From: Vicugna vicugna
Taxonomy: Eukaryota
DNA: 64,000 nt
Reading direction: 5' to 3'
Assembly (NCBI GenBank): GCA_013265495.1
Contig: MU058198.1
Location: 384,419-448,418, forward strand
Numbering within the stretch: the stretch's first letter is position 1; every line of letters starts with the position of its first letter. Shown here in pieces: positions 1 through 13,196 of the stretch. The notes under the pieces were generated by a model, which worked only from the letters and a program-made list of their open reading frames with translations, had not been told where the DNA came from and made no database searches. The position numbers and the translations under genes were made by a program.

Positions 1-200
1 GTGATAACCTGATTGCAGTTGCATCTGAATGGGGAATAGGGGGTGGGGAAGCTGAGTCCTTCACCTGTGGATCTGACACTGCCTCCGGGCAGATAGCCTC
101 AGAATTGAGTTGAATTGTAGGACACCCAACCAGTATCATAAAATTGCTTGGGGCTGTGGGAAAAATCCCCTCCACACGTTGAAATTGGTCCCAGGATCAT
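1..200 (+). mobile_element. MER21-like LTR fragment
   Basis: 'cacctgtggatctgacact...cagaattgagttgaattgtaggacacccaa' resembles the MER21 consensus as recalled. Confidence 0.5.
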
Positions 201-1984
201 ACATCGCTACATATTACACAAAGGAGACTGGGAGATGCAGTCGCTACCCTAGATAGCATGTATCCTGCTAAAAATAAGTGTTTTATTACTATGGAAAAGG
301 AAGAGAATAAATATTAGGGGACAGCCATCAGCCATCGTAGGCAACCAACAGTATTTGCTCTCTGGGCTGCTGTGCATCCGCTCCGTCCTAACTGTGATTT
401 ATTGTTTGTGTGATTACTAATTCAATGTTTGTACTTCTAAATATATCGTAAGTTTTTTTGTGAGCAGGTACCTTATCTGTCCTGTACGCACTCAGTTACT
501 AATTGTTAAATGACTGGATGATAAAAAAAAAGAAGTGGATCTTAAATATTTTCAGAATCCAGCAATGTAGCCGTAGATTGATGAAGAGCTTCTCACTAGA
601 AAATGTTTTCCCCTCATCTCCCTTTCCGAAGCCACTGTTTACAGAAGAGTCATGAATCATGAAGTCACCATCAGTCAAAGGGAAGCTTCCGTCTGGCAGA
701 GATGAAGGGCCGAGAGAGAGCTAATGAGTCTGTAATGCAATTTGGTACCAATGAAACGGTGCGATATTCAATTCGAGGCTGTGGGATTTACACCATAAAT
801 CCCACACAGTTAGAGAGTAAGAACCCGGTCCCCCACCTGCTCCTGTGCCTCTGGTTTGAGTCATTTTATGGACACAGGCTTCCCACTGACATTGTCGGGT
901 GATGTCATAGGGAGAATTTTGACAGTTATTGTATTTCTGGCTGGAGGGCCAGTGGAGCCAAAGAGACTCAGAACTGAGTGCAACATCAATCACCGAGTTC
1001 AGGAGGCACCGTCTATAGAGCTAATGAGTCGGATCCAGGCCCCTGGCCTCTGTCTCCTGCGATCAGCCTGGTGACGGCGGTCAGCCAGTCCCAAGCGTTT
1101 ACCACTTGGCAGGCAATGTTCTCATTAGGCACTTTACGTGATGGAGCCCATCCGGCTCTCACCGCCCAGAACAAGCTTATGAGGGAGGGTCTGTTGGGCC
1201 TGGGCAACAGCAAAATAAGACATGAAGGGATTTTTTCATACAGTTCAGTTTACAGTGGAATCTCATCTCGAAAGGTAGGGATATTTCAAAGTCAGCACAC
1301 AGCAAAAGAAAATTGAATTTAGCTCAAATTACCCTTAATAGATAGGCATAGGGGTTCAGTTCAGATTACACATGTGTCAAAACTCATCGAGTGGTCTGTT
1401 TCAAACTTGTGCATTTCACTGTATCTAAATTTTACCTCAAAAAATCAAAGACGTTGGATTCTAGTGAGTGATATACATGCTTAAGCATTTAGGGGTGGTG
1501 TGTACTGGCTTCAGCAAGTGCCTTTGAAATGTATCAAAAAATAAGATGGACTGATTGACAGGTGGAGAGAGGGATGGATAAACAGACATAGGAGAAAGCA
1601 GTGATGTTTAACGTTAAAGGTTGGATCTAACAGGTGGTTATATGGGTGTTCTCTATACAATTCTTTCAATTTCTCTGTATATTTGAAAAATGTTTTTAAT
1701 AATGTTGAAAGAGAAAAATACATTTGAAATCCTGTTAGGAAGTTGCTATTTTGGAAACTGACATTCTGTCTCTTGTTGGTCATCACAGTCAGACTTTTCT
1801 CCAGGACTGAAACGCTGACAGTTTCAGTGCTTGGGCTCCTGATGAAGGAGCTGGTTTGAGTTCATGGGCCAAGTTGTGGGAATAATGTGGCTCTTCGGGC
1901 ACCCAGCTGTAAGTGATGAGCAAGGTTGTCCATGCTATTTAAAGCATTCTCTCTCACACCCCAAAGCATTTTTGTTTATGCAGC

Positions 1985-2457
1985 TGTAAAATAAAATTCA
2001 TATTTTATGGCACAGTAAGAATAATTTAAACATAAAAAACTTTTCTCTGCCTTTTGGCCTCCTCTCTCCCCTCTACTGTGTACGGTGGATCTGCTTCACG
2101 CACTGACCAAACCTCCCCATCGGCGGAAATACCTGCTCAGCTGTAAAGAGGACCATTCTCCCAGGACCAGCGAGATAACTCCTTAAAGATAACATCCCTT
2201 CTTAATCTTATAAGGGGCCACGATGACCCCTGACCCACTATGCTATCGCTGCTAGATTGTATAAACTGTCAATAATACATTATTTAATATACAGCCTTCT
2301 GTCTCAAAAACTTATATAACAGTGTTTTGCCCCCTGACCAACGGAACTGATCTCAGAGCTTTCTGAGAGGCTGTTCCTGGGTTATAATCTTCAGTTTGAC
2401 TCAGAGGAAAATTTCCATTTCTTTCTTAAATCAATTGATTAATTATTTTCTTCAACA
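1985..2457 (+). mobile_element. ERV1-class solo LTR
   Basis: Begins TGTAA and ends CAACA; flanked by cagc/gagc (4-bp TSD, 1 mismatch); internal TATATAA near 2373. Confidence 0.65.
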
Positions 2458-2527
2458 GAGCTGAATACCAACAACTTAAATTTGCATGTAATACGGTTCG
2501 AATATAACCATTTTAAGTCTGTCTTTG

Positions 2528-2686
2528 GAGGGGAGGGTATAGCTCCAGTGGTAGAACACATGCTTAGCATGCGTGAGGTCTTGCGTTCAATCCAGGTACC
2601 TCCTCTTAAAAAAAAAAAGAATAAACCTAATTATCTGCCCCCCCACCTAATCAATCAATCAATAATTTAACTCACAACTTAAAAAA
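2528..2686 (+). mobile_element. tRNA-Ala-derived camelid SINE (vic-1-like)
   Basis: GGGGAGGGTATAGCTC-AGTGGTAGA...GTTCAATCC head, A-rich middle and tail, degenerate TSD aagtctgtc/aagtttgtc. Confidence 0.8.
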
Positions 2687-3752
2687 AAGTTTGTCCTCTA
2701 AGGGTGAAACAGGAGGGTGGTTTCTGTCTTTAAGTGCTAACTTAGCAAAATGAAAAATCGGCCACTAGAATGTGGGCAGGGCTTTTATCTGCTGCATGCC
2801 CGTTACCTTCCCAATGCCTGGCACAAGTCACTGAATGAATATTTGTTGAGTTCATTCTATAGGCTCGTGAAAGCTGGAGGACTGGGGAGAAGACACGCCT
2901 GCCCCAAGATACAAGAAGTCCGTCTAAACCCATGGCCCGCGAGGCAGATGCCCCTGCCCTGTGACCGGACACACGTCCTGTGATCATCTGTTTGAGGACA
3001 GAGTCCTCCTGGCCCTCCAACCGGCCAGCACGGAACCGCAGCCTGGTCAGTGTCCCCGACCCCCACCGTGTAACTCACCCCATACGTTTCACTTAGCATC
3101 TATCTCCCACGAGGAGGAAAAGCATTGTTCTCTGATGCACCTCAAAAGCCTAGAGGACCCTGTGTGTTTTGACAGCCAGAAAAGGATCACTGGGGGGTTG
3201 CGTTCTCTGGTAGAGGAGGAAGGAAAGAGACTCAGAATAGAAGCAGCAGAGAGGAGCCCGGAAGCACCATGGGGGAGCGTATTTCCCTGCACCTTGGGTG
3301 GACTCAGTGGGAAATCCTGCCACAGACTGACCAAGACACTGAGACCTGCTTTCTCGTGCATCCACAAATCCGCGACTATCCGCATCTCTGAAACCCTGCT
3401 GCACGTCAAGCACTGCACTTTCCCCAGGCTTTCTCGCTGACGCTCATGGTCAACTTTGAAGGTGGAAATTTACATCATCTCCCACCTTACAGAATAGGAA
3501 ACTGAAATTCAGAGGGATTGCAAAAGGTGTCCAAGGTCGGCTGGCCAAGAGCAGACAGAACCGGCTCCCACTCCACTGCCCTCATCGCTCCACCACGATG
3601 ACACTTTGGGTTGAACATCAAAGAGGCAGTGCTGTCCTGGGGGCTGTGCCTTCAGTGAGAACTAGAGTCAAGGCCACAAGCACAGGCTCCCAGAGATCCC
3701 AGATGGCATCAGGACACTGGGTGTCAGCTGCCTTCCCTGTTGGAGTGCTGTT

Positions 3753-4112
3753 TGTCTTAGCCCATTCAGGCTGTTTGTCTAACAGAACGCCATAGACTAG
3801 GCAGCTTATAAACAATAGAAATTTAATTCTCACAGCTCTGGAGGCTGGGCCGGCCAAAATTAAGGCTCGGGCAGATTCAGTGTCTGGTGAGGCCCCACTT
3901 CCTGGTTCATGGACGACCTTCTTTTCACTGTGTCCCCCATGGCAGAAAGGGCAGGGGGGCTCTCTGGGGTCTCTGTTATAAGGGCACTAATCCTACTTTT
4001 GAGGGTGGTACCCTCATGACCTAGTCACCTCCCAAAGACCTCACCTCCCAATACCATTTCACTGGAGATTAGATTTTAACTCATGTATTTGGAGAGACAT
4101 CCAGTTAATAGC
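3753..4112. mobile_element. MLT1A/B-like MaLR LTR
   Basis: 'aatagaaatttaattctcacagctctggaggctggg', 'aagggcactaatcc', 'ccctcatgacctagtcacctcccaaag'. Confidence 0.75.
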
Positions 4113-6394
4113 ATGGTCCCTTGGATTCTATTTGCATTCTTGGCCTATGTTTTGTTATCCTTTTACTGAAATAAATGATTTCCATAGAGATGGGCATGAG
4201 GAGTAGGTAGGTAAAGAAGACCATCCTGGTGTGTCTTACACAAGTGTTTGCTTTAACTTCCGTGGAGACAGGGTAAGGCTGCAGGATTTTCAGAAGCGAT
4301 TCCAAGAATGTTGTAATATACTAATCTAAGGATGAGCAGGTCTGGTGGAACCCTCTGACCTGGAAAAGTCACCTAGTTTGGAATAGCAATCACTCTTTGG
4401 GTGGTATCTTAATCTCTCAGTGGGCATCCAGATCTCCACCATTTACAGATTTCCTGGTAGCATGAAACAGAGAAGCCACGTCCCTAAAAAAACTCCACAA
4501 TGTTTACAGTTTGGCCATTTGTCTTCCTAAAATGACTCAAAAGAAAATACTTGGAAATGAAGCTGGAATATATGGAAATGGACAGACATTGCTGAGGTCT
4601 GGAATAGAGCAGGGGCACTTTTCACTCATGTGAATTTTGCAGGGGAGCCACCCATCTACCGCTGAGTCTGGAGCAAATGCCTCCCTCACTGTGAGTGGAA
4701 GACGGAAGCTGGAAATCTGCTGTCGCCTCACCCAGTCCCAGTCCCCACCTGCTGAGTGCGACTAATACATAAAGATGGTCCCAACTGCGTCTAGTGCTCA
4801 ACCAGAGAAACACAGTGACAGCTTCCAGCCTTGGGAAAAAATAAGCTAAGTGTATGGAGACAGTACAATGCTGTATATTCTAGGAATTTAAGAAATGGTT
4901 TCAAGGGTATCTTTGCCAGGACGTGCTTTTCACCATCCCTGCCGACCTTGGAACCGCCCCCGTTGCATCTCCACACTGAAGAGGATGGGGAGAATGAACC
5001 TGCAGCAAACTCTCACCCTTTGGGATGTTTTGGGCAATGGCAACTCGGAATGCTCTCTCTGGAGGATCGGACTCTCTTTGCCTGACCTGTGTGAACCTTT
5101 CAGAGTTCTAAGTGTGACTTCTGAGTCCTTGAGAGCCAGCATCACCAACAATCTCTGGAGTAACCTTCCCAAACCGCCCTCCCTGGGGAATCCTGGCAGG
5201 GCAGGTGTGAAAGGGTGCCGCCCGCTGACAGCCTCATCGCAGGACCGAGGCAGCTCTTGTCTGTGGCTTGGTGCGCTGGCCATCAGCTTGACAAAATACT
5301 GAGCTGCTTTTGTGAATCTGTCACAGAAACAGAAGCCCTTCACTTTTCCTCCTTTGTTAAAGGCGCGTTTTGCAGAAAGAACAGTGAATTTGGCTGTCTT
5401 TTTATAGCCCTCTCCAAAGGTCAGGCTTTCTTCTGTGTCTGGAAATGGCCTGCGACACACTGAATGCACAAAAGGGATGAATTATCAGCCCGGCCTTCAA
5501 GTCAGGGCTGCGCTGAGCACATAATCGACCTCCCTTTTCTTCAGCAAAGCCACCTGGGACTCGATTTGATGGGCTTCATTTCTGCCCCTGCGTGAGGGAC
5601 CTCCCCCCAACACCCCTGTCCTGGGGGGACTCGAACAGTTCTCACCTCGTTCCTCTGGGGTGCCCCACCCAGACCACACCAGGTGTGAGGCTGGTGCTTC
5701 ATTCGCATGAGTAACAGCACAAAACCCGAGCCAGGCCCAGCTTGTCACAGCTAGAGAGGGGCCCAGAGCCAGGTGTCCATGCCCGTGGCGTTACTTTAAC
5801 AGGATCATCCTCGCGCCACTGTGCGGCTTTTGTTCACCTGGAGGTACCTGAGTGGATTACTGATGATTCACTCAGCATCCATTGACTCAACTTACTGACC
5901 ACCTACTATGTGCCATCCTCTGTTTTAGGTGCTTGGAATACTCTCAATGGACAAAGCAAAGATCTCAGCCCTCCCTAAGCTGACATTATGGCAGAGAGCC
6001 TAGAATTTATTGTCCAAACTCAGACACTCTTGCCACGGATAAGTAAGCTGGGCGACAGGCACTGACCAGGACCGTCCTGGCAAACCCCAGGGGAGATGTG
6101 CAGTGGTCCCAGAGCCTGCCTTGTAGTGGACACAGCCTGGGAGTCAGGTGCTTCTGCAGCAGGAAGAGCGTGTGCTTTGGAGTAGGCAGCCCTGGGTTTG
6201 CGTCCCAGCTCAGAGACTTGCTAACCGGGTCTCATCAACTATGTGTCTCTCCTTTCTGGTCTTCAAGTTCCCTGGAAACACACGGAAACACATGGAAACA
6301 CACGGAAAGCACCTGTCCCACACTTGGCACATAGTTGGGGCTTAACAACTATTGGTTTCCCATCCCTTGATTCCATACCACCCCCACCCCCGAA

Positions 6395-6396
<2 letters not shown>

Positions 6397-6426
<30 letters not shown>
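6397..6426. repeat. (CA)n microsatellite
   Basis: About 15 CA units. Confidence 0.95.
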
Positions 6427-6429
<3 letters not shown>

Positions 6430-6668
6430 TTATTTAATTTGGAAGTTACTCTTTAATAGCTGAAATAATTTACTCGGATTTGCAAGAAATTTTGTTTGTG
6501 CTGGAGGAAAAGGAGAATAAGATCATAATAATTTCTACATTTATCGAGGGTTTGCTGTAAATGCTAAGTCATTTCTATGCTCGTTCTGTTCCGCAATCCT
6601 TAAATCTCTACGAAGCAAGTCATATTTTTGTGGATCCATTTTAAAGATTAGGAGAGTAAGGCTGACAG

Positions 6669-7006
6669 CAGGGATCAGCAAACGTTCTCTGTAAAGGGCC
6701 GGGGAGTATGTATGTTAGGTTTTGCAGGTCCAACTTTTTGCTTTGCCATTGTAGCAAGAAAGCAGCCCCAGACCTGGAGGCGAAGGGCGTGGCTGTGTTC
6801 CAATAAAACTTTATTTATTTATTTTTTTGGAGGGGGAGAGGAGAATTAGGTTTATTTACTTATTGGGTGGAGGGACTGAGAATTGAACCCAGGACCTTGT
6901 GCATTCTAGGCATGCGCTCCCCCACTGAGCTATACCCTCCCCCCAAATCTTTATTTATAACAACAACTGGATTTGGCTCCCAGACCATAGTTTGCTGACC
7001 TCTGAC
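6669..7006. mobile_element. MER58A-like hAT MITE interrupted by a SINE
   Basis: 'caggGatcagcaaac...ctgtaaagggcc' to 'catagtttgctgacctctg'; contains 'gtggctgtgttccaataaaactttatt'. Confidence 0.75.
6819..6944 (-). mobile_element. tRNA-derived camelid SINE
   Basis: Reverse-complement head '...attgaacccaggacc...ccactgagctataccctcccc'; TSD ctttattta on both sides. Confidence 0.8.
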
Positions 7007-9613
7007 CTAGAGATGCGAACTCAAGCTCAACAGGCTGGTGACGTGGTGGGACCTGAGCTACGCTTAGATGTTCTGCACCTTGCTTTTCCCCCACTACCGT
7101 ATTTCTTGGACACAATAGTGCCTCCTCATTCCTCTTAAAGGCTGCAGAACCAGCCCTGGTACAACTGAATTGTGGTTTGTTTAACCAATCCCCCCTCCCC
7201 CCGACAGACAGGTCCTGGGGTCAGTTACAGTCTCTTGCTCTCATAAATAAAGCCGCAGCAAGTCTCCTACAGAAGTCGTCTTGCTTACGGCGAACTGTAT
7301 CTCCCGAGTAGATTCCTGTGGGGTGGAAAGCGGTGGGGCACGCAGCACCTAAGGCATGCTGCGGAAAATGAGACTCTTCCAAAGGGGCTGCGTGAAGGTG
7401 GGAGAGCAAGAACTGCAGAACCTTCCTTCATCCCCTGCTCAGCTCTGGACACCCACGCCGGCAAGCACCAAACACCGCGGCTGGTCACCAGAAAAAGGTA
7501 ACTCTTGAAGTTAAAGAATGACTAAACTGGGGTATTGAGACAGTTGAAATTTTATCAATTCTGCCTTCTTGATCCTGGAGTAATTTCTTCACACCTATCC
7601 CATCTAAAGCAGGAATCCAGACTGTGAGCTTCCTGGGGGCAGAGAGGCTGTCTGAGTCAACGTTGATGGACTCATTCATTCATTCATTCATTCAACAGAC
7701 ATTTACTGGATTCCCACAACGGGTCATATGCTGTGCTAGTGCTGGGATTACGGTGATAAACAGGACAGACAAGGCCCATTCTCTCGGGGAAGCTACAGGC
7801 TCTGGGGCATGGAGACAATTAAACAGGTAATTACTTTGCAACATGATGTGGGCTTCAGCACAGGACGCGTAGGGCAGACAGGAGCCCGTAGAAGGGAATT
7901 CAGATGTAGGGTGGGTAGGAGATCAGAGAAGCCTTCCTAGAGAAAATGGAGTCTAGCCTAAGACTTGAAGCCATTCACTGACAGCATCAATTAGGGTTAA
8001 TACCTTTAGGCTCTTATTAACAAACACCGGAAATAACAATGGCTTAAACACAATGAGAATTTCAGGTCAGAAGGTGGGCAGTCCAGAAATGGGGTGGCGG
8101 TATCATGGTCACCAGGGATCCAGAACTCTTCTATTTTTCTGGGCTGGCATCCTTAGCATAGGGCTTTCATCCTCAAAGATGCCTCATGATCCATAACAGC
8201 TGCTGGAGTTCCAGCCATCATGTCCACATCCCAAGCCAGAAGCAAGAATTAAGGGAGGGCCAAAAGGGCCAGTTTCAGCTGTCTGCTCCGTTCCTAAGGA
8301 GCTTTCCTGGAAGTCCCACCTAAGAGCTTCTGTTTGTATGTCACTGACCTGAACATAGTCCCATGGGCACATCCAGTCCCAGTGTGGATGGAGAAAACAC
8401 TGTCTGCCTTGTGCCCAACATGGAGACGGTGGCCTCAGGTGAGAGATGATGGTGGCCACTACTTGAGAAGTGGTGATGGTAATGCAGAAAAAAATGGCAG
8501 GGTTCTGAATTTTTAAAAGCCTGATGAAACTTCCAAATAATCTCCAGCTTTGCTGAAGGCTACTTAGGGATCAGTACCAAAGACAGAGTCTCTTCTACAA
8601 AGTGATTTATGCCTTTCCCTCATCTCTGTTCTGCCAGAACACAAAGAAGGATGTGGGGAAGAGGAAGAAAAGTCTTCTTGCCATTGGATTCTTGCCGTGG
8701 AGAATGGACAGCCCCTCATCACTCACTCCAGAGGAATTGACAGTCTGAGCGCCTCCCCTGGGCCCCCAGGAGCAGATGGGCATGATGCGCCATGGAACTC
8801 CAAGGAGCTGAGGGTGGTCCATGCTGTGCCTTCTTCATGTGTCTCTCTTAAGGGTCCCATCCCTCAGATGGGAATGAAGTATGAAGTATAAAGTGACCCT
8901 TGGGAGGCTGGACCCTGAGTCTTGGCTGTGACCCAGAACGGGTGTCTTTTCCGCCCTCTCTCCCCCTCCCATCTTTCCTGTACATTAGACCCTGTTTTGA
9001 TTAATGGCACTGTATTGGAAAATTGCAGATAATTTTTCTTTGGATACTATCTCATCCCCTCAATAAACACCTAACCTCGTTAGTAACATCCTTATCACCT
9101 TCAGTAGCAGGGAATTGCAAAATATGCTTGATGTCTCGATGCTTCGTTCTGTTTCTCAATTTCACATACAATCACTTTTCAAATACTTTAAATATTTCCG
9201 TGGTCCTCTTGAACCCTGTGTGAAATCATTACTAACTGTTGTGGATCTAAGAGGATGGGGGATGGTGAGGCTAATGCAAACCCTCTCCGCCTGCCAAGGA
9301 AATGGATTTGAGAGCAATTGGAGGAGGTGAGATTACAGATTTTAAGATTACTTCCCTGCTGAGGATGAGGCTGAAGACAGAGGTAAGGATGGATTTGGCC
9401 TCTAGTTTATGCAACTGGTAGATTTTTTAATCCCTAAAGGCTGGCACTTTTTTCTGGCACAAGGCAGATGCTAAATAAGTTTGTAAATGAAAAAAACTTC
9501 TCCCCACACCAGTCACTTCCTTGATTTGACTTCCTTGTCTCTGTCCTGCACTCTGATTGTTTTCCTAGTCATTCAGCCTGAAACTGATCGTTGACGCATC
9601 TTTCCTTAGGTCC

Positions 9614-9956
9614 TGTGTTAGTCAGGGGTCTCCAGAGACACAGAACCAATGGGATGTGTAGAGAGAAAGGAAGAGGCTCATGTGATGAGGGAGGCTGACA
9701 AGTCCCGGGGCCTGCAGTCTCCCCCGGAGAGCTGATGGTGTGGTTCCTGTCTGACAGCTGGTGACTCCAAAGCTTTTTGTTCTGCTTGGTTCTTTGACTG
9801 ATGGGATGAGGCCCACACACATGAGGGAGGGCAACCTGCTTTACTCAGTTCACCCATTCAAACGTTAATCTCAACCAAAAACCCCCAGAATAATGTTTGA
9901 CCACACATCTGGGCACCCCTTGCCCAGACAGGTGGACACATAAAATCCACCATCAT
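9614..9956. mobile_element. MLT2-family (ERVL) LTR
   Basis: 'tgtgttagtcagggg-tctccagagacacagaaccaat' to 'ggacacataaaatccaccatca'. Confidence 0.75.
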
Positions 9957-9968
9957 GAGTCCTTTCTT

Positions 9969-10430
9969 TTTTTTTAATATACATTTTTATTGAAGTATAA
10001 TCAGTTTACAATGTTGTGTCAGTTGCTGGTGTACAGCATAATGCTTCAGTCATATATTCATTTTCATGTTCTTTTTCACTGTAAGCTACTACAAGATATC
10101 AAATATAGTTCCCTGTGCTGTACAGTATGAACATGTTCATCTATTTTATATATACCAGTCAGTATCTGCACATCTCAAACTCCCAATTTATCCCTTCCCA
10201 CCAACTTCCCCCCTGGTAACCATAAGTTTGTTTTCTATGTCTGTGAGTCTGTTTCTGTTTTGTAAATAAGTTCATTTGTCTTTTTTTTTTTAGATTACAC
10301 ATATAAGTGATATCATATGGTATTTTTCTTTCTTTTTCTGACTTACTTCATTTAAAATGATCTCCAGGTCCATTCATGTTGCTGCAAATGGCATTATTTT
10401 ATTCTTTTTTATGGCTGAATAGTATTCCAT

Positions 10431-10468
<38 letters not shown>

Positions 10469-10601
10469 CACATACATATACCACACCTTCTTTATCCATT
10501 CATCTGCCGATGGACGTTCAGATTGTTTCCATGTCTTGGCTATTGTAAACAGTGCTGCTGTGAACATTGGGGTATGTGTGTCGTTTCAAATTTAGGTTCC
10601 C
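9969..10601 (-). mobile_element. 5'-truncated L1 3' end with TSD and internal (TG)n
   Basis: Poly-T then L1 3'UTR/ORF2-end sequence; TSD tcaYRagtcctttctt at 9953-9968 and 10602-10617. Confidence 0.85.
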
Positions 10602-13065
10602 TCACAAGTCCTTTCTTAGCCGACAAGTCTTGCTCTTCTGGACAGAGGGCTTTCTATGCAGTCAGCTCCTGGAGGGAAAGAGAGTCACACTCAACAGGGG
10701 GTCCCTGAAGGGGACTATTCAGAAAGTCAAGGGCAAGACAGACGGAACTTAAGCTTGAGGGATGATGACACTCTAAGGACCTGGGACAGTCAGAAATTGC
10801 TGTGACCTCGGGGCCGGATGGCCCAGGCAGTGCAGGTGTGCTTACAGCACTCAACACATTACCTTAAAAAAAATTCCAGTTTTACTCACGTACCACGCAA
10901 TTCATGGATTTAAGGTATACAATCCAATAGCTTTTAGTGTATTCACAGAGCTGTGCAACCATCACCATGGTCAATTTTAGAACATTTTCGTTACTTCAGA
11001 AAAGAAATCCCAGCACCCCCATCCCCCCAGCCCCAGGCACTCACTCATCTACCTTCTGTCTCCACAGGTGTGCCTATTCTGGACATTTCATGTAAGTGGA
11101 TCACACAATATGTGGTCCTTTGTGACTGGCTTCTTCCACTTAGCATATTGTTTTCTGGTTCATCCATGACACCCGTAGGGCAATCATTTCACAAGTGGGG
11201 AGATTAAAGCACAGAGAGGTTAGGTAACACCTGGTAAGTGGCAGAGCAAGAATTCGGACCCAGGTGGTGGTAGACCAGTATGCTACACCACAAGTCACCC
11301 CAGAGCCCCTACCCAGGTCCTCATCCACCCTCAAGGGGAGGCTATAGTAACTTCTTCACCTGGAATTTGAACTCTACACCTCTTGGGGAATGATGGAAAT
11401 GTTAGCTATCTTGATTGTGATGGTGATTTCATGGGTGTATACCTCTATCAAAATTCATCAAATTGTACGTCTGAAATATGTGTAGTTTACTGTACAGGAA
11501 TCATACCATGATAAAGATACTTTAAAAAAAAAAAGTAATGTTCCCCCTGGTTTCAGTCATCCCTGCTCCAGTTCATCCAGAACCCACAGCCCCACGTGCA
11601 TCCACTCAAGTTCTGTCTCTGTCACGACTTCCTGAGCTCATGGGACATCTGTCCTTTTTACCTGCCCAACATCTGTTCTCCCTTCTGGTGAAGGGACTCT
11701 GACTTCCTTGAGGGGAACCTCCCTTACCCCAGTCTTGATCCAGGTGGCATGGGTGGAGTTGGTCCCACTCCACCTGCTTCAGGATCAACCGCGTGACTGC
11801 ACGTGGCCAATGAGATTAACTGCAATCCCCCAGGGCCATAGTGATTGGATGAGGGCCAGGAGTGTGACCTGATTGGAAGAAAATGAGGCTAGAGGTGCGG
11901 AAAGGATGTGTTTTTAATTCTGGGAAATTCAAGTTTTCTCTCTGTTCTGCAGAAGTGAAGGGAGGAGGCTCTCACCCTTCTTCTGGGTAGAAGAGCGCTA
12001 GAGATGATGTATAGAATGCTTCAGTAATTCCAAGACCATACTTAAGACAGGCCCTGGGGACCACTGGGAACCTGATATCGACACTGTGGAAAACAGAGAG
12101 AGGAGAGAGAGACACCAAATATTTGGTCTGAGCTCCTGGATCGAATCATACCTGAAGAAAACACCCTCTGGATTTTCCATTTAGCAGAACTATTAAAGTA
12201 ACAGCAGAACTTTCCTATTGGAGAACAGGTGATATGTTCTGTGTCTCTTCTAAGTGATATAAAGGAGGAGTGTGACTTCATGTTCTAGAATTATTTTACT
12301 CCACAGCACTTAGGATAATACAATCCCTTGAAACATCCAAATAACTGAGATAATTATTCTTTTTAATGCCCATGTTGTCCCCTTTAAACACATACACATA
12401 CACAGAGTATCAGTAAGAAAGGGCAACAGGTGGCATTTCCATGCAATTTTGTATCATTGCAACGAAGCCAGTTGGAGGTTAGGCGTGGAAAACGCCACAC
12501 AAAGGCTGCTCGCCCAGCAGAACGAAGAGCATTGCTGTTCACCATTGTTCACACCTGATGAAGAGAACCTGGTCTGGACCGTGTTTCAGCTGTCACGGTC
12601 CCTAATAGGCTGGAGAAAACTGGAACAGCGAGTCACCTCTTAGCAGGAGGCAGTGCAGGAGAAGTGGGACAGAGCAGAAATCCGGAACCAGCCCAGAAAA
12701 GTAGGCTGTAAAGCAGGGGGGGAGCATCTATTTGGAGGCAGACTTAAAATAAAGCCCCCGTGAAATTAAACCATTGATTCTTAACTAGGACTGCATCAGG
12801 GCCCCTGTGTGACTTTTAAAAATATATTCCTATTTTACGGCCCCGCTCTGAACCTTTGGCTTCAGTAGGACTAGGTGGAGCAAACGCATCTGTAGATTTT
12901 TTTTTTGAAATCTCAAAAAAAGAGTTTATTCTAATGTGCATGCCCAGTGAAGAACTCCAGGATTAAGAAGTAGGAGATTCTGTATAACCATGGAAATACC
13001 AAGGTTAAAAAACAAAAACAAAAACAAAGGAAGAAAGTATCATGAAAAGAAATTCTCAAAAAGCA

Positions 13066-13196
13066 AAACAATATGAGAACGAATGTATGTATGTTCTTAC
13101 GTGACTGAAGTTGTTGTGCTGTGCACCAGAAATTGACATAACATTGTAAACTGACTGTACTTCAATAAAAATATATTTTAAAAAAACCCAATCAAT
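13066..13196 (+). mobile_element. Ultra-short L1 3'-tail insertion
   Basis: 'tgtgctgtgcaccagaaattgacataacattgtaaactgactgtacttcaataaaa'; aaaaagca on both flanks. Confidence 0.7.

Noticed and set aside
2961..5469. 159-, 135- and 179-aa intergenic ORFs
   Set aside because: No recognisable family or consistent exon structure; ITPRIPL2 coding sequence is not seen in this window
6284..6312. Short tandem repeat (GGAAACACAY)x3
   Set aside because: Ordinary slippage repeat in a MIR-like region; no spacers, not CRISPR-like
7854..7870. REST/RE1-like TTCAGCACAGGACGCG
   Set aside because: Spacing and right half-site deviate from the RE1 consensus, and it lies in L2-like sequence
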